Counted from the first letter of the whole stretch, positions 12,610-27,563 are shown. The stretch: DNA of 63,968 bases, filler included, from Octopus bimaculoides (GCF_001194135.2; 9 parts of 8 records of this genome joined end to end with filler, not necessarily neighbours in it); one strand, 5' to 3'. Notes: generated from the letters alone by a model not told the origin. Numbers and translations: made by a program.

Positions 12610-13312
12610 GACTGTGTGGCTTCGAAACTTCCCAGCCATATGGTCACGCATTCAGTAATACTGCGCGTAGCTTTCAGCAAATGTCTTCTACAATAGTCTC
12701 TGATCGACCAACGCCTTTTGTATGAATTTCGTAAACGGAACCTGAAAGAAGTCCGTCATACATACACAAACACATACACAAACACACACGAACACACACA
12801 CACAAACATATGATAAGATATAGCGATAAATTAATATTAGGATATATTAAATTCGTTATAATATAGGTATCTATATTATCGGTGGCTATAATACAGGTGG
12901 CTATATTTTACCTGAATGAAGTAATTGATGTCATCATATGATTTCGAAATGTAACCAATAAGGTTTCATTTCCCTTCATATATATACATGTGTGTGCGGG
13001 TGTGTGCATAAGTGTGTGTGTATGTGTATGTATATACGTGTGGGTGTTTTCATTTACGGAGTGTTTATGTGTCTATAGATCTAGATCGGNNNNNNNNNNN
13101 NNNNNNNNNNNNNNNNNNNNNNNNNNNNNNNNNNNNNNNNNNNNNNNNNNNNNNNNNNNNNNNNNNNNNNNNNNNNNNNNNNNNNNNNNNNNNNNNNNNN
13201 TATATATATATATATATATCCGTGCGTGTCTTTCTTTTAGAGTTTGTCCCCACACACTGCTTCACAAACAGTGTTGGTTCATCTCAGCAACTTAGTGCTT
13301 CGGCGAAAGTGT
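12610..13312 (+). mobile_element. Degenerate SINE family 1: head, expanded internal simple-repeat region, body
   Basis: Head gactgtgtgg...cagcaaatgtcttctacaatagtc...ggaacctgaaagaagtccgtc (12610-12760); body gagtttgtccccacacactgcttcacaaacagtgttgg...acttagtgcttcggcgaaa (13225-13312). Confidence 0.55.
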
Positions 13313-16054
13313 TCGATATAATAAGTAAAACATTTTCAACAAATACGTCTAATACGAGAAAATCTAAAGGAAAAAAGTACTTTATTCATATCAACATGAT
13401 TTCACAACTGTTGAAACTATTGTTCAACCCTTGGTTCTTGTTCAACAAAATAGCAATAGTATACGAAAAGCAGTATAATCAAAGTGCAACCCTTACTATC
13501 AATTATTCTCTCATTTGTGTCTTATGTATGTATGGTATTTCAGAAGATTAAAAGTTTTCGAAACTGGTAGCCTTTTCTTCCATTTTAGCTAGAATGGATA
13601 CTTTCTGGGAAATCTTGTCTATTTACTTAGGTCATGTTTTCTCTTCTGGTAGGCGCAAAATATCATCTTTCATATTCTGTCTTATTTACCACTTAACAGT
13701 TCTCATTCTTTCCCATTGGTTTCCGCTTTCTCGTTCGTCATCTGAAACCCTCTAGCTTAGTTTCATGCATTCATTTCAATATTTTTGTCCTGCGTTAATG
13801 TTTCTCGTCGTTCTTGATTTTTCTGTCTTTATTTCTCATTCTAAATTTCTTTGCCCTTTTTCAGATATGCTCCTCTATATTTTCTGTCTCTCTCGACTCA
13901 ATTCTTGCTGTCATACACTATGATTAAGCGATTTTCGGAAATAGGAACATTTAAAAAGCTCTAGAATATACCCATACATATGTTTTACGAAGGAAGTTAA
14001 GAACACGGTTACTGATATGTATATAGACAATAGAATAGATAGCTCTACGTTCAATCGTCACCACAATAACGACTTCTAAGTGCTATGCAAAAAATCGTCA
14101 GGCAAAGAGAAAGATGGAAAGTAAAACATACGCTACAGGTACTGGCACACATACACAAACTGATACACATACATGCGCACCAAACCGTCGTGTAAGTGGG
14201 TATATGCTTATGCCTCAATAACGTTCGTATGTGTGTGCGCGTGTATGTGTATATATGCAAATAGCGTTCGTTTGAATTTCCCTCTCTCACCCCCTGTCTC
14301 TTTCTCTATCACTTTCTTCCAATCTTTTGCAAATCATTCCTATATAATCTTTCCACAGCGTGACAAATATTTTACACCACAGGAAATTATTGTAAGCATT
14401 TCAATAAAACAGATGATAATAACCGATTTTAACGTTGGTTGATTCACAGTCACGCATTTCATCGTATAGTGAGATGAGGAGAGACTGAATAAAAGAAAAG
14501 AACGATTGAGAAAATTAACATGAGAGGTACAGGATGCATGCATGTACGAGGCAAAGAGTAAAAAAAAAACGCTACACATACAGGGAGAATGAAAAAATCA
14601 TAGAAGGATAGGGAGAGAATGGGGAGGTAGTTATGGAAGGAGTTACACAAATAAAAAGTGTTATTTAAATATATTTTCAGGAAAACGTTTTCTTTTTTTT
14701 AAATTAATATTCGTTTCATTAATTTATATAAACATTAAAAAATTGATAAAGATTAAGTTATAATAAATGTGAGTATGCTATATTTACTGATATTGCCCGA
14801 TGTAGCAAAAACACGTTTCTAAAATTACCCGTCATATGATCATCAGCATTCTAGTCATTTTGCAGTTTCCTTCGAAAACAGAATCTGTGAAATAGGGATT
14901 GTTTTCATTTCCTATTACTTTAAGAGTTTGAAAAAAAGAAAAAAAAAAAAAAGAAAAGCTTTGTAGCCGTGACGGATTAATATTTGCTCATGTTCGCAGT
15001 ACCATTTTTCATTTATAAAATTTGAAATTTTTGTTTCTTTGCAGTCTATCCTGAAGCTTTTAGATTAAATATAAAGTAAAAGACGTTCAAGCTATGAAAA
15101 TCCTATCTTCTTTTCTAAGACAGAATATTTAGATCGCTAATATATATTATAGTTTGTCATTTATATAGGCAGGAAGTGATCTGCGAGAGATTCGATTACT
15201 TCCAACCAGCGCCTACACGTTTCCATATCAATATGTGTTTCATTAACATAGCTACTGCTTTTTATTCACAGGTCAAGTCTGATGCACCGGACATATCCTG
15301 AAGGAAGTTTCAATCTTGTCCACCACCTAGTTTAGGAGGGCAATTTTCTGTCAGTAATATTTCGCGATTATCCCATCTCTCTATGCCTTTCTGTCGTGTT
15401 AAGAAATGGGTACGTTCAAGGGCAAATTGTCTTGCATTCTTAGCAGGTTACGCGAAAACGTAGTGGTTCTCCGATCACTAACATTCCAGTGACGTTTATT
15501 TCATCTCAGTTTTCTGCTTTCGTATACAAGTTGTTTACTTCTAAGAGATTCACGCATGTCAAGCAGCCCAAGTTTCTCTGAAAATTTCTCATGGGAGAAA
15601 TTACTGTGCTCGGAGAGTAAATGAAAGTGTTGCGTTATGAGCATTATTACGTAAGCAATAAGCATTATGACTCGTATCAGTTTTTACATTTCACTGCCTT
15701 CTAATTTCAAGTTGCTAAAACCTGCAACGCATATTAAATATTTTATATCATTAAAAAATAAAACGAACATGAATATTATTACGTTGTTGTTAATTGAATA
15801 CTTCCTAAGCATTTTAAACACCTAATGCTACGCGTTATAAAATCGACTTACTAAAAAAATATAAAACATGGAACTGTAATTTATTTGTAGCTGAACATTC
15901 ATAGTCTAAATGTAATTGAATTTAAAGATTCATGGATACAATATATTTGTAATATGGATAAAACTAATAAATTTAATGTGCTCTCTAAATTTCAATTTCG
16001 GAATTTTATTAATGTCTAGCTTCAGCAATTTTTTAATGTCAGAATACCTTATAT

Positions 16055-16250
16055 ATATGTGTGTGTGTATGTGTGTGTGTGTGTGTGAGTGTGTGTGCGC
16101 GCACGTGTGTGAGTGTGTGTGTGCTTGCATATGTGTGTGCTTGCATGTGTGTGTGTGCTTGCATGTGTGTGTGCTTGCATGTGTGTGTGTGCTTGCATGT
16201 GTGTGACCTTGCATGTGTGTGTGCTTGCATGTGTGTGTGCTTGCATGTGT
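16055..16250. repeat. (GT)n-derived minisatellite (GCTTGCATGTGTGTGT)n
   Basis: About 8 variable units read directly. Confidence 0.9.
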
Positions 16251-16879
16251 ATGTTTATACATAGTTATGTGAGCGTATGTGTGTTTCTGCGTCACTGCAG
16301 TAATGTGTGCACAAGTGCATCATCGGAAATAATTTAGCCAATTTGAATAAGTTCAGGTTCTCAAACAGTTTGTCGAGGTAATGCATAAAAATGCATATTA
16401 ATGATTCTAAGTTAAAAACTTTAGATCAGGATGGAATGAAATTTTGATCATTTCACGAATCCTATATCAATACACTGGTTATACATTGATGAAATGAAGT
16501 TCACGTTCCAATGGGTAGGTATCGTAATGGCATATTGGGAAACACTATAAAAGAGATAGTTTCTTTTATCATGATTTCACTGTTTGCTTATATTTTTTTC
16601 TTAGACTCTTCGGGTACGAATGGACGCATTTTAATAGACTATCGACTGTAGAGATACCTAAGACTATGTTATCGGAATATCATTGAAAGCTGAGAAAACT
16701 TATAATTGTACAAGTATATTCAAATATATATGTGAATATATATTTTCGTGTTTCTCTGTATGGGGGTGGGGTGCGCAGGCGTGTGTAATATATAGGATTT
16801 TAAAGTTATTGTAAATTATATACATGTTTAAAAGCTTATATATAGTAATCATTGAGTGTATGCTACACTTAGTTCTTAC

Positions 16880-19800
16880 CTTCCAATTCGACAGATGAAA
16901 ATGAGTGACATTTCGAAATATGCATTATATTTATTATAGGAATTTCTTCAGATATTTGAAAGATGGATTTTAATTGACTTTTGTTTCTCAAAGACACTAT
17001 TCTGTCACCCATTTCCACACTGAGAACTTCGAATGTCGAAACGTCCCTCATTCATGTATTATTTCATCAGTCAATGTATTTGGACTGAGGATCTAATTAT
17101 TAAATATATGAATACATTTTGACTGAAGAAGTGATGAGTCAGATTATTAGCCATTGTAGAATGAATATATACTAACAAATAATTGCCGTTATTTGTCTTT
17201 ATTGCATATATCTTTGTAGTGTATTCGTATAAACTGTATTAACGTAGAATAAAAATGTGAAAATCACCAACGTCGACTAACCTATGTTTCTGAATTGAAT
17301 TAGTAATTAAGTAACATTTGATGTAGAATTTTATTATTTTTCTGTGAAAAATTTAGCACTTTGTTTTGCCCCAAGTAAGCCCTAATTAAATCATATATAA
17401 TTAAACACATTCTACCAAATTCATATAGTTATTTTACTGATATACATCGAGATCGATTCATGAAAGTGGTACTGAGTTTACATAAAGCAGTAAGGGTTAT
17501 TTTAAGTAGGTAGATTTATTTAATATGTTGGGTAGGTTGAGTGAAACAGTAGAAGTTCCTTTAGTGTTTGGAAGTCATCACAGTTATTTTTCTTGGGTAG
17601 ATTAAAAAACATAAATGATAAAAGTAAAGCACAAACTATTTTCAGAAGAAATAGCTCTTCATATTTTTTTAAACCAACTCTAACTAAAGATAACACGCAA
17701 GTAATCCATTTAAACTATATATTATTCAATACAAGAAATCTTATCACATAAGGTATTTTGGTTTTTTAAATTACAAGCATTTTAGCCATGATAACAAAAG
17801 TGAATTTAAATACAATTGAAATAGGGATAAGTAAGTACTTCTATCAGACATCAAAATAATAATTATTGCTTCTAATTTAGGCTCCCTCTCGAAATGCAAA
17901 GGTCGAATCATTTATATAATAGATACGTGAATACCTATGAGCAACAACCTCCGCATTACTGAAGGCTGAGAACAAATGCACTCAAAAACATTCCAGTGGT
18001 ATAATGAAAATTCCACGACTTATTCTTGCAAATGCCAGAGATTTCCCAATTGTACTTTCTCAAAATTAAGTGTAACAAAGTTAAAATTACACCCTAACAA
18101 AAAAAAATAACTTCTCATTCTCAGTCGTTTGCAGCATAGTTTTAATTTCAAAACATATACGGATATTCTCATATATTTATATGTGCGAATGGTTTTACCG
18201 CTTATGCATATACCTTTATGCTGTAGACCATGTGTATTTTGTTTTATGCGTCTGGTGCAAGTAATGCTGCCAAAGCAATGATCCTCTCGGGTCTTATATT
18301 TCAGCTTGTCTCACTAATACACGTACAATTTATCGACTGCAAAGAAAAAGACTATTAAGTATTCAAATACTTTGTTAATGGTGACAGATTCTTTTAAACG
18401 ATCTTTATCGGCAGGAAATAGTCTCAATAAGTTTAAATCTCAAATACATGGTTTCGTGATGTGCTAATTATATAACATACACTTTCAAGACATTTATTTC
18501 TGTAATTACTCAACACTCGTGAAAATGTTAATCTTAAACATTAATTAAATGAACTGAAAGAGAGTGTAATTTTTACATTCATATTAACAGTTCTATTTGT
18601 TTGTGAGGTTACAAAATTAGGATTCCAAAATAAATTACCTTTCTGACGTAAAATCAATTTAGGTATTAGAATTTAACTACTCTGTAATGTCGATGCCATT
18701 GGGGTAATGCTGATATCGTATTCGAAAAAGTTTTAAATCTATTAAATACTCGTTGTGAAGAAATTATCTCTGAATAAGCAAACATTTCTTACGCTTGTCT
18801 TTAAATTCTAAAATACATTTCTGCAAATTCTTTCCATCTAAAATACTGTCCAGTTATTACAGAAGTTTTGCTGGAGCATTTAATGGAATGGGCATGCTAA
18901 TTAAGGAAATTTCTTTCCGTGTGGTGAATGTACGGAAGAATGATTTAAAATGAATTATATGTTAATTTAATGACTTCCTTTTTTTTACATTTATGCATTA
19001 ACGTTATCTAGAATACATTGTTTATGTAGTGAGATGTTTCTCAAGAACACTTACTGCAGAACATTTTCTATATCACAAGAGGAACAGATCTGTGGTATGT
19101 GTGCACGTATGTGTGTTTGTGTGTGTTTGTATGTATAACATTCCAAGTAATTTCATATCTCTCCCATTCAAGTCAAATTGACTTAAAAATCTGTTAATGG
19201 AAATTATACAAGAACACTATAATGCATATACGTTCATTGCACATTACTGATGAATATATCTTTAACTTATATTATACTTCACTTCGGAAATATACGATCA
19301 AACAATGCTACCGCTGTGCGGCTTCTCAAGTGACAGATAGAAGAACCATTTTGTTTTCCAGGTTATCTAGTTCGGTTGATCAAGTATCTGTCCATTCCGT
19401 AAGCTGATAGTGATTGACCTGACAGAAATGTCGGTATCTATCTTTAGACGATCAAGCAACTCCTTACATTTTATCTTATATATGAATGTTTTTAAAACTG
19501 TAAAGTTTACACTATTTAACTTCAAGCTAAAAACTGTCAATTGTTTTCATTATATTTTCTGTCTTTACTCTAGCTATGATAACCAAAGCACCTAGAAATA
19601 AAATCAGGACCTTTTTTTTACTCATTATTACCTCATATGCTAATGTAAGAAGTGGATTATTATACCAGTTAAGTCATATAATGAAACAGTGGGCATAATG
19701 TTTTTTTATTAACTGGTATAGGTAGTTGAAATTTCACAGATAAAATGATAAATTACGCCATTGTTGAACCTAACTGACACTTGAACTTTCTTTGCAAAAT

Positions 19801-21223
19801 TCAGCACTGAATCAGCAAACCGACGTTCGAACATGTGGAAGGCTAATTCCAAGTTCTACAGTAAGTGCGGTATTACTGGCTAGCTTAATTTGCTTATTGC
19901 TAGAAGTGTTGCGAAAGATGTGTAGTCTTTTGTCTTCATGGTAAATGTGTATCATTTACAAATTTTTGTTTGAGATCTTTCACAAATGACTTCTCTACAA
20001 CTTCTAAGCATCTCACTCTTCTCAATACGGCCACGGTGAAGACAATCAAGGAAATTTATTCTCTTGACATCCAAAAAGCATACGTTTCTGACATTCTAGC
20101 CTTAGAAGGAGAGGTGTGATGCAATATCATGATTTGAGCCTTTCCTTTCCGGTTCAAAGTAGAAAACACTCGTTTCATTCACCAATACCAGTTCAAATAC
20201 TTACAGGAAATCAGTGAAAACCTCCTTGAAATCTTTTGCTTTTCAACAGAGTGCTTATTGCGTTCTCAATAATTAGACACTTGTTTGTCGTGTCCTACGA
20301 AATTTACATATTTATTCATTCGCAAATAAATAAATCTAAATGAAAAACTATTCAAAAGATACTGCAAACAAATGAAACTTTTTAAAGTTTTACATGTAAA
20401 TATGTAACATCTTGTCATTACAACATCATCTACACTTAACAAAACGCTCGTCAGCAATAAAGAAAAGATCAGATTTTGACATCAGTCACCACCTGCTGAT
20501 ATCTCATTTTATCAGTTTACCAGGTAGTTAAAATCAAGTTTATTCCACTGCATGGAGCATATACAAGTCTAGTCACATACCAATGTCTTTTATTAATCAC
20601 ACTACTCTATACAACAGCAAAGAATATTAACAGGGGTGGTCGTACATTCCAAAGCTGGTTAGAGGTAGGTAGTTGCAAGTAATTAAACAAAGATAGTGTA
20701 AGAACGTGACGTACTCTGCAGAAGTATTTTGTCGTTCGTCAATAACTGTACGAATTTTTTCATAAGTGTGTAACCTATGAAAAAAATCCGCTGCCCTCCC
20801 ATTTCGTGTATCACTAAAAAAAGTATTTCTTTTAATATATATTTGTACATGCATTAACATGAGGCGTCGACATCAAAATTCTTTTCTTCGAATACATTCT
20901 TAGGCTTAAGGAAACACAATTGTTTTGCCTTCACACATCGAAGGCATATCCTATCTTAATCGTAACAGCTAGCCTTTATCACTTAAACGGAATGCATGAA
21001 GAGTGAAGAGAGCAAAAAAAAACAAAAAACAACGCTCCGTGACAATGCATTACTGTCGGACGAAAGCAACATCCAATTATGTGAGAAAATCTAAAAATAA
21101 GCAAAAATAAAATACTATTTGTTAGATTTTTAGGACTGTAAGTAAAATATACGAGATAACAAAAGGCAAACGGTGTGATATTATTTATTATGCACTGTGA
21201 CAGAAAGAATGAAACAGGTAGTA

Positions 21224-21277
<54 letters not shown>

Positions 21278-21409
21278 NNNNNNNNNNNNNNNNNNNNNNN
21301 NNNNNNNNNNNNNNNNNNNNNTTAATTAATTAANNNNNNNNNNNNNNNNNNNNNNNNNNNNNNNNNNNNNNNNNNNNTATATATATATATATATATAAAT
21401 AAATATGAT

Positions 21410-21454
<45 letters not shown>

Positions 21455-21677
21455 TATATATAAATTGATAGATAGATAGACATTACATGCATAGTTCTAT
21501 TCTCACGCAAAGAAATACACACACGCAAACACACACACGCAAACACACACACACACACCCCCACACACACACACACACGCACAAACACACGCATACACGC
21601 GCACACATATGCATACTTATTCCACTACTACCTCTCTTCACCGTTCTATTAGTCAATTCAATTCTGCCGGCCGCCAT
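16880..21677 (-). CDS. Tentative multi-exon gene 5' part (exons 21677-21632, 20774-20715, 18837-18793, 16945-16880), unknown product
   Basis: ATG in CAACATGGCGGC context; GT-AG boundaries; three internal exons are phase 1-1 (60, 45, 66 nt); joined: MAAGRIELTNRTVKRGYTLMKKFVQLLTNDKILLQNGKNLQKCILEFKDKQIPIINIMHISKCHSFSSVELE. No recognised homology; the last acceptor is weak. Confidence 0.2.
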
Positions 21678-22329
21678 GTTGCCATATACAATTGCTATGT
21701 ATTTATAAAAATCTTCCTTCTTCCATGGAAGACATTTTAGAGAGGTGTTGTCATGTTACAATATTTAATATTACATACTAGTGAGTTCTGCCTCTTCTTC
21801 TTCCTCTCTTCTCTCTTCGTCTCGTTGTTATTTGTTATTCTTTTTATTCTTTACTCTTTGCTCGTTTATTTGATTTATTTACTTATACATTTGTTTCTTT
21901 TACTGCATTTCATTTCATGCTTTGCTATTGCTTTCAACGTGTTTACGTATACCTGTGTGTGAACTTGTATTCGTGTATGCGTGTACATGTATGTCTCTGT
22001 ATCTGCATATGTGTGTATATCTGTCTGCATCTATGTGTATGTATGTATGTATGTATGTGTCTATGTGAATATGAATGACTGAATTTTATGTGACTGTGCA
22101 TATGTGTGCCTATGTGTGTATGTATATCCGTGTACCAGTGTGTATATTTGTGCTGGATAGCATTTGCGGTGGATTCATACATATAGATACACTTTATCAG
22201 TTTCCACATACACATATACATGCATACAAACCAACGCACAAATGTTTACACAACGTATAAATATATATTTATACATACATACGTACATGCATATATATGT
22301 ATATATCTATGTATGTATATGTATGTATG

Positions 22330-22361
<32 letters not shown>

Positions 22362-22970
22362 CGTCGATATATTTTTAACCTTTACTTACGCACACACGAA
22401 TACACACGTAAATATAAGTATACACCCCCCCACACACATACATATATGAATATTCATATATATTTATATGTATATATGTACATGTACAAATACATGCGTA
22501 CATACATACATACGTATATATCTATATATATATATATATATATAANNNNNNNNNNTATATATAAGGGTTTTATTCCTACTCCCACCCCAGCACATAGATA
22601 CTCATAAATACAGAATGGGTTTTAACACATTCACGCACACACACATATATGTACACACACATGCATACAGTTACATACATTCAAATACATCAATGCCTAT
22701 AAATATATGGATAAACAATTTAATACATAGGTACGCATATACGTGCCTATAAATACAATATGTATTATGACAAACACGCCCATAGAAAGATGTATAATAT
22801 ATATATACACACATATATCAGTGTGTGTGTGTATGTGTGGTTATATATATATGTATATGTATGTGTGATTATACATACATATATATATATATATACACAT
22901 ACATACATATACATATACAGATATATATATATATATATATATACATACATACATACATACATACATACAT

Positions 22971-23014
<44 letters not shown>

Positions 23015-23279
23015 CCACACATACACACTATGTCTTGACTTTTTTTCATCTGTGCAAACATACACATGCATGCACACACACACACACGCGCACAGACACA
23101 TACATACACACACTCTCATACACTAACCGTCAACTATAACTACTTCATTTCCATATTCTTGTATTGATAGAGATACTCTTCGTTACCATTTCTCTGTCTA
23201 TTTTCACTTTCAATATAAATTCCTTTTCCTCTAAACCTTTTTGTTTTCACTACTTCACTCACGTTTCCTTCGTACATCA

Positions 23280-23360
<81 letters not shown>

Positions 23361-23791
23361 ACTTACCTAGCTAGCTAGCTACCTACCTACCTACCTACCT
23401 ACCTACCTACCTCCCTACCTCCCTACNNNNNNNNNNNNNNNNNNNNNNNNNNNNNNNNNNNNNNNNNNNNNNNNNNNNNNNNNNNNNNNNNNNNNNNNNN
23501 NNNNNNNNNNNNNNNNNNNNNNNNNNNNNNNNNNNNNNNNNNNNNNNNNNNNNNNNNNNNNNNNNNNNNNNNNNNNNNNNNNNNNNNNNNNNNNNNNNNN
23601 NNNNNNNNNNNNNNNNNNNNNNNNNNNNNNNNNNNNNNNNNNNNNNNNNNNNNNNNNNNNNNNNNNNNNNNNNNNNNNNNNNNNNNNNNNNNNNNNNNNN
23701 NNNNNNNNNNNNNNNNNNNNNNNNNNNNNNTCCCTCCCTCCATCCATCCATCCCTCTATCCCTCTATCTGTCTGTCTGTCTGTCTGTCTGC

Positions 23792-23835
<44 letters not shown>
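23280..23835. repeat. Compound tetranucleotide microsatellite (CTAT/CTAC/CTCC/CTGT) spanning a gap
   Basis: Direct reading. Confidence 0.95.
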
Positions 23836-23851
<16 letters not shown>

Positions 23852-24341
23852 ATCCGTTGACTAATTTGATATTCACTCTTGATAAAAAGACATAATTTGC
23901 TATTGAAAAGCTAACAAACGTATCTCATTCAACTACCATCATCATTTTCGAGGATATTCACACAGAGAAAACATTTCCACTTCCATTACAACCGACCCCA
24001 GAAAAAGCAAAAAAAAAAACAGAACCATAAAAAAAGCAACAATAACACACCCTTCCCAATAATAAAGCACGTATGTCTTCTTGTCAATCTTCGAAAAATC
24101 TTCCATTGTAATTGAAAAATCTAGTGAATTGGCTTCTATGCATATCTGGTAAACCAAGTAGCAGTGTGTTAACGATGATAATCATTGCCACCATAATGGC
24201 CATCGTTGTCGTGACGTCTTGGTCATCGTCCTCGTCATGATGGTGAGTTTTGTGCCTAATCAACGATCATTTAATAAACAGGTTTCAGCTTTCTGTTATA
24301 TTCCATTGTATGTTTATTTTTTAAAATTATTTCCATATATG

Positions 24342-24525
24342 GACGCAGGTGTGAGTGTGTGGTAAAATGATTACTTCTCAATCTGTACGCGGAATTACAT
24401 GCTTCCGAGTACGATTCCATTGTGCAGCACCTTGGGCAAATGTCTTCTACTATAGCCTCGGGCCGACGAAAGTCTTGTGAGTGGATTCGTTCGACGGAAA
24501 TTGAAAGAAGCCTGTAGTATATATA
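24342..24525 (+). mobile_element. SINE family 1 head (tRNA-like plus CORE-like)
   Basis: ggacgcaggtgtgagtgtgtggtaa...gcaccttgggcaaatgtcttctactatagcctcgggccgac...gaaattgaaagaagcctgtag; ACCTTGGGCAA is the CORE-SINE signature. Confidence 0.85.
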
Positions 24526-27129
24526 TATGGTGGTTGTCTACTCCTAACACAGAGTTTGACCACCTCCTGCACCTACACCTTAGCCCTTTCGCTCTGTGGA
24601 TCTAGTATATATATATATATATNNNNNNNNNNNNNNNNNNNNNNNNNNNNNNNNNNNNNNNNNNNNNNNNNNNNNNNNNNNNNNNNNNNNNNNNNNNNNN
24701 NNNNNNNNNNNNNNNNNNNNNNNNNNNNNNNNNNNNNNNNNNNNNNNNNNNNNNNNNNNNNNNNNNNNNNNNNNNNNNNNNNNNNNNNNNNNNNNNNNNN
24801 NNNNNNNNNNNNNNNNNNNNNNNNNNNNNNNNNNNNNNNNNNNNNNNNNNNNNNNNNNNNNNNNNNNNNNNNNNNNNNNNNNNNNNNNNNNNNNNNNNNN
24901 NNNNNNNNNNNNNNNNNNNNNNNNNNNNNNNNNNNNNNNNNNNNNNNNNNNNNNNNNNNNNNNNNNNNNNNNNNNNNNNNNNNNNNNNNNNNNNNNNNNN
25001 NNNNNNNNNNNNNNNNNNNNNNNNNNNNNNNNNNNNNNNNNNNNNNNNNNNNNNNNNNNNNNNNNNNNNNNNNNNNNNNNNNNNNNNNNNNNNNNNNNNN
25101 NNNNNNNNNNNNNNNNNNNNNNNNNNNNNNNNNNNNNNNNNNNNNNNNNNNNNNNNNNNNNNNNNNNNNNNNNNNNNNNNNNNNNNNNNNNNNNNNNNNN
25201 NNNNNNNNNNNNNNNNNNNNNNNNNNNNNNNNNNNNNNNNNNNNNNNNNNNNNNNNNNNNNNNNNNNNNNNNNNNNNNNNNNNNNNNNNNNNNNNNNNNN
25301 NNNNNNNNNNNNNNNNNNNNNNNNNNNNNNNNNNNNNNNNNNNNNNNNNNNNNNNNNNNNNNNNNNNNNNNNNNNNNNNNNNNNNNNNNNNNNNNNNNNN
25401 NNNNNNNNNNNCCAACTTAGTCTGATTTTCACCTCGCTGTATTGCGTGTTCGTTTCTTTTTTGCATCTGTTATTTTATTATCGATCTTATACAGATGAAG
25501 TTATATTCTTCAATTTGCTGCTTTTCTTTACACAAAACGAAAAAATTCAGTGTGGAACTGTCATTTTAATGAGTTATATCTATTTATCACCCGAAGAGAC
25601 ACATCTGCACCGTCGGATGATCCTGAACCAGCTTCTAAGTATCCCACATGTGAGAGATCAATGCTAGATGTCGCGAAACAATTGCAGTGATTAATAAAAA
25701 TTCTTGTATCTTCCCTCTTCCGTCTCTCATTTACCATATATATATATATGTATATGAGTTTGGTAAAAAAAAAAACTGTATCTTTTTATGATAACTGTTG
25801 CAGTGCCGAACTGTGTCTCTTACGGTACTTCATAAACAGGTGTAAATAAGTGGCGAAGTTGTGTATTTTTATGTACCATGGTACCTATTGTATTGAGTCA
25901 AAAGTTTTGCAATATTTTGTTAGCTTATTTACTTAATACGTAATGTTACGACATAAGCAGCCTAGAATTCAAAGCAGAGGCTATCAGGCTGCATTTGTTT
26001 GATCACACGGTTGTATAAATTCTTGTCCTTCTCAACTGTAGTGTTTATATATCAGTTTGACAATAAAAAAAGTTTCTTCTTAGGATATTTACTACAACAG
26101 TGAACTGTCTCCTATGATATCTACGTATAGACATGTATACTGGGACTTTTGAGAGATAAATGTAGTACAGTAACATAGATGGGATGTCAATAGTTGACAT
26201 TTCAACTGCTGGAAATCACTCGGCACTCTGCTGACCTCAGTAAGCTAAAACTGAAGTTGGAAAATTCACGAGAAAACAAAACTAAAACAAATGCAAAAAA
26301 GGTTTTAAAAATGTAACAGAATTAATACAAGTTAAACAATTAGTATAAACAAGGTGTTAATGTAGTAAAGTCATTAATAGGCGGACTGTTAGCTAACGCA
26401 CAGCGTGATATTTTAACTAGATTTCTTGATATTATCTAAACATTAGTTGATCTAATTAATTTCTCGAACAATACATCTGATTACAAAAATATTTTTCAAT
26501 TAGTTTTCATCGTTTGCATTTTCATTAACAAGCGAGGCGATGTAGCGTGTGAAATTTCCGAAATAAATAAATAAATGAATAAATAATTGGATAAAATAAA
26601 TTAGGAATGGTTGATTCAAGGAAAACATCAAATTTTCTACGTGTCAAGTTGTTTAGACCACGCAGAAAGTAATTTAATAACATGCAATTATAACAATGGG
26701 GAAATGAACGGCCAAGGAGGGCGGCTTCGAAGTGGCCATTCAGTTTGCTAAAAATAGCAGTCAAATCTCCCTTAAATCACAACCACACCGTTTTAAACAG
26801 GACAGAGCACAGTGGATCGTGTATTTTAAAATATACAATGAGAATAAAATAAATATGAAAACGGCTGGAAATTTTTTGATCATAAGTCAGTTTGGTCAGT
26901 GTGAACCTGTAGCAAGAAAGCCTCCATACCAGTCGTGAGTAACGTGCGTTTTGAGGGACTTCTCGAATTGCAAATCTAACGAAAATTTACCTCAAAGCTT
27001 TTAGTGGTGCGACCGACCTAAGGATGAGCTGTGTCTCATGCAACCCACGTCTCGATGTATTTGTCGGACGTCCTGAAAATAACAGCTAAATCTCTCTCAG
27101 AGCGGAGTGAAAGATGTAATACCGATCGT

Positions 27130-27300
27130 AACAAGTTCCACTGGACTGGACATGCAGACTCATACTATTTCCGAGTGGTACCCAAGGGATCGGAAAAGGC
27201 CGCTTGGAAGGCCTCCACGACGATGGGTAGACGATTTGGTTAAATGATTTGGGCCAAAGCAAGAAAGAATGGCGTAATCAAGAAAGTATTGGAAGCACGA
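27130..27300 (+). mobile_element. RTE-1-like LINE 3' ORF fragment
   Basis: KFHWTGH then, frameshifted, SEWYPRDRKRPLGRPPRRWVDDLVK*FG, the typical RTE C-terminal motif. Confidence 0.75.
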
Positions 27301-27511
27301 TGTATAACAACGATGCGATGTATAACATCTGACAGACTGGTTGATTCAGTGATAAAATGTGTCCTGGAATAATTATAGAGAATGCTCCTGTTATTGAATG
27401 CATACACAAACACCAGCACAAGGAATACTGGTGAAACATTCCAATCAAAGCATCAATAAGTGTAAACGTAATAGACTTAATATTGTTGTTTGAGACAAAT
27501 CACACATCCCC

Positions 27512-27563
<52 letters not shown>

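Noticed and set aside
13540-13572. Hammerhead-like cagaaga...gaaactggta (similar weak hits at ~14800 minus and ~29424)
   Set aside because: Core mismatches and no stem I or adequate stem II.
15170-20010. Peptide EVICER encoded on + at ~15175 and on - at ~19990 with synonymous differences
   Set aside because: Only 6 residues, flanks unrelated; expected by chance in six-frame comparisons.
24342-24420. tRNA-like heads with A/B boxes (also 37637, 47882, 55651)
   Set aside because: No complete cloverleaf; they continue into SINE bodies, so not tRNA genes.
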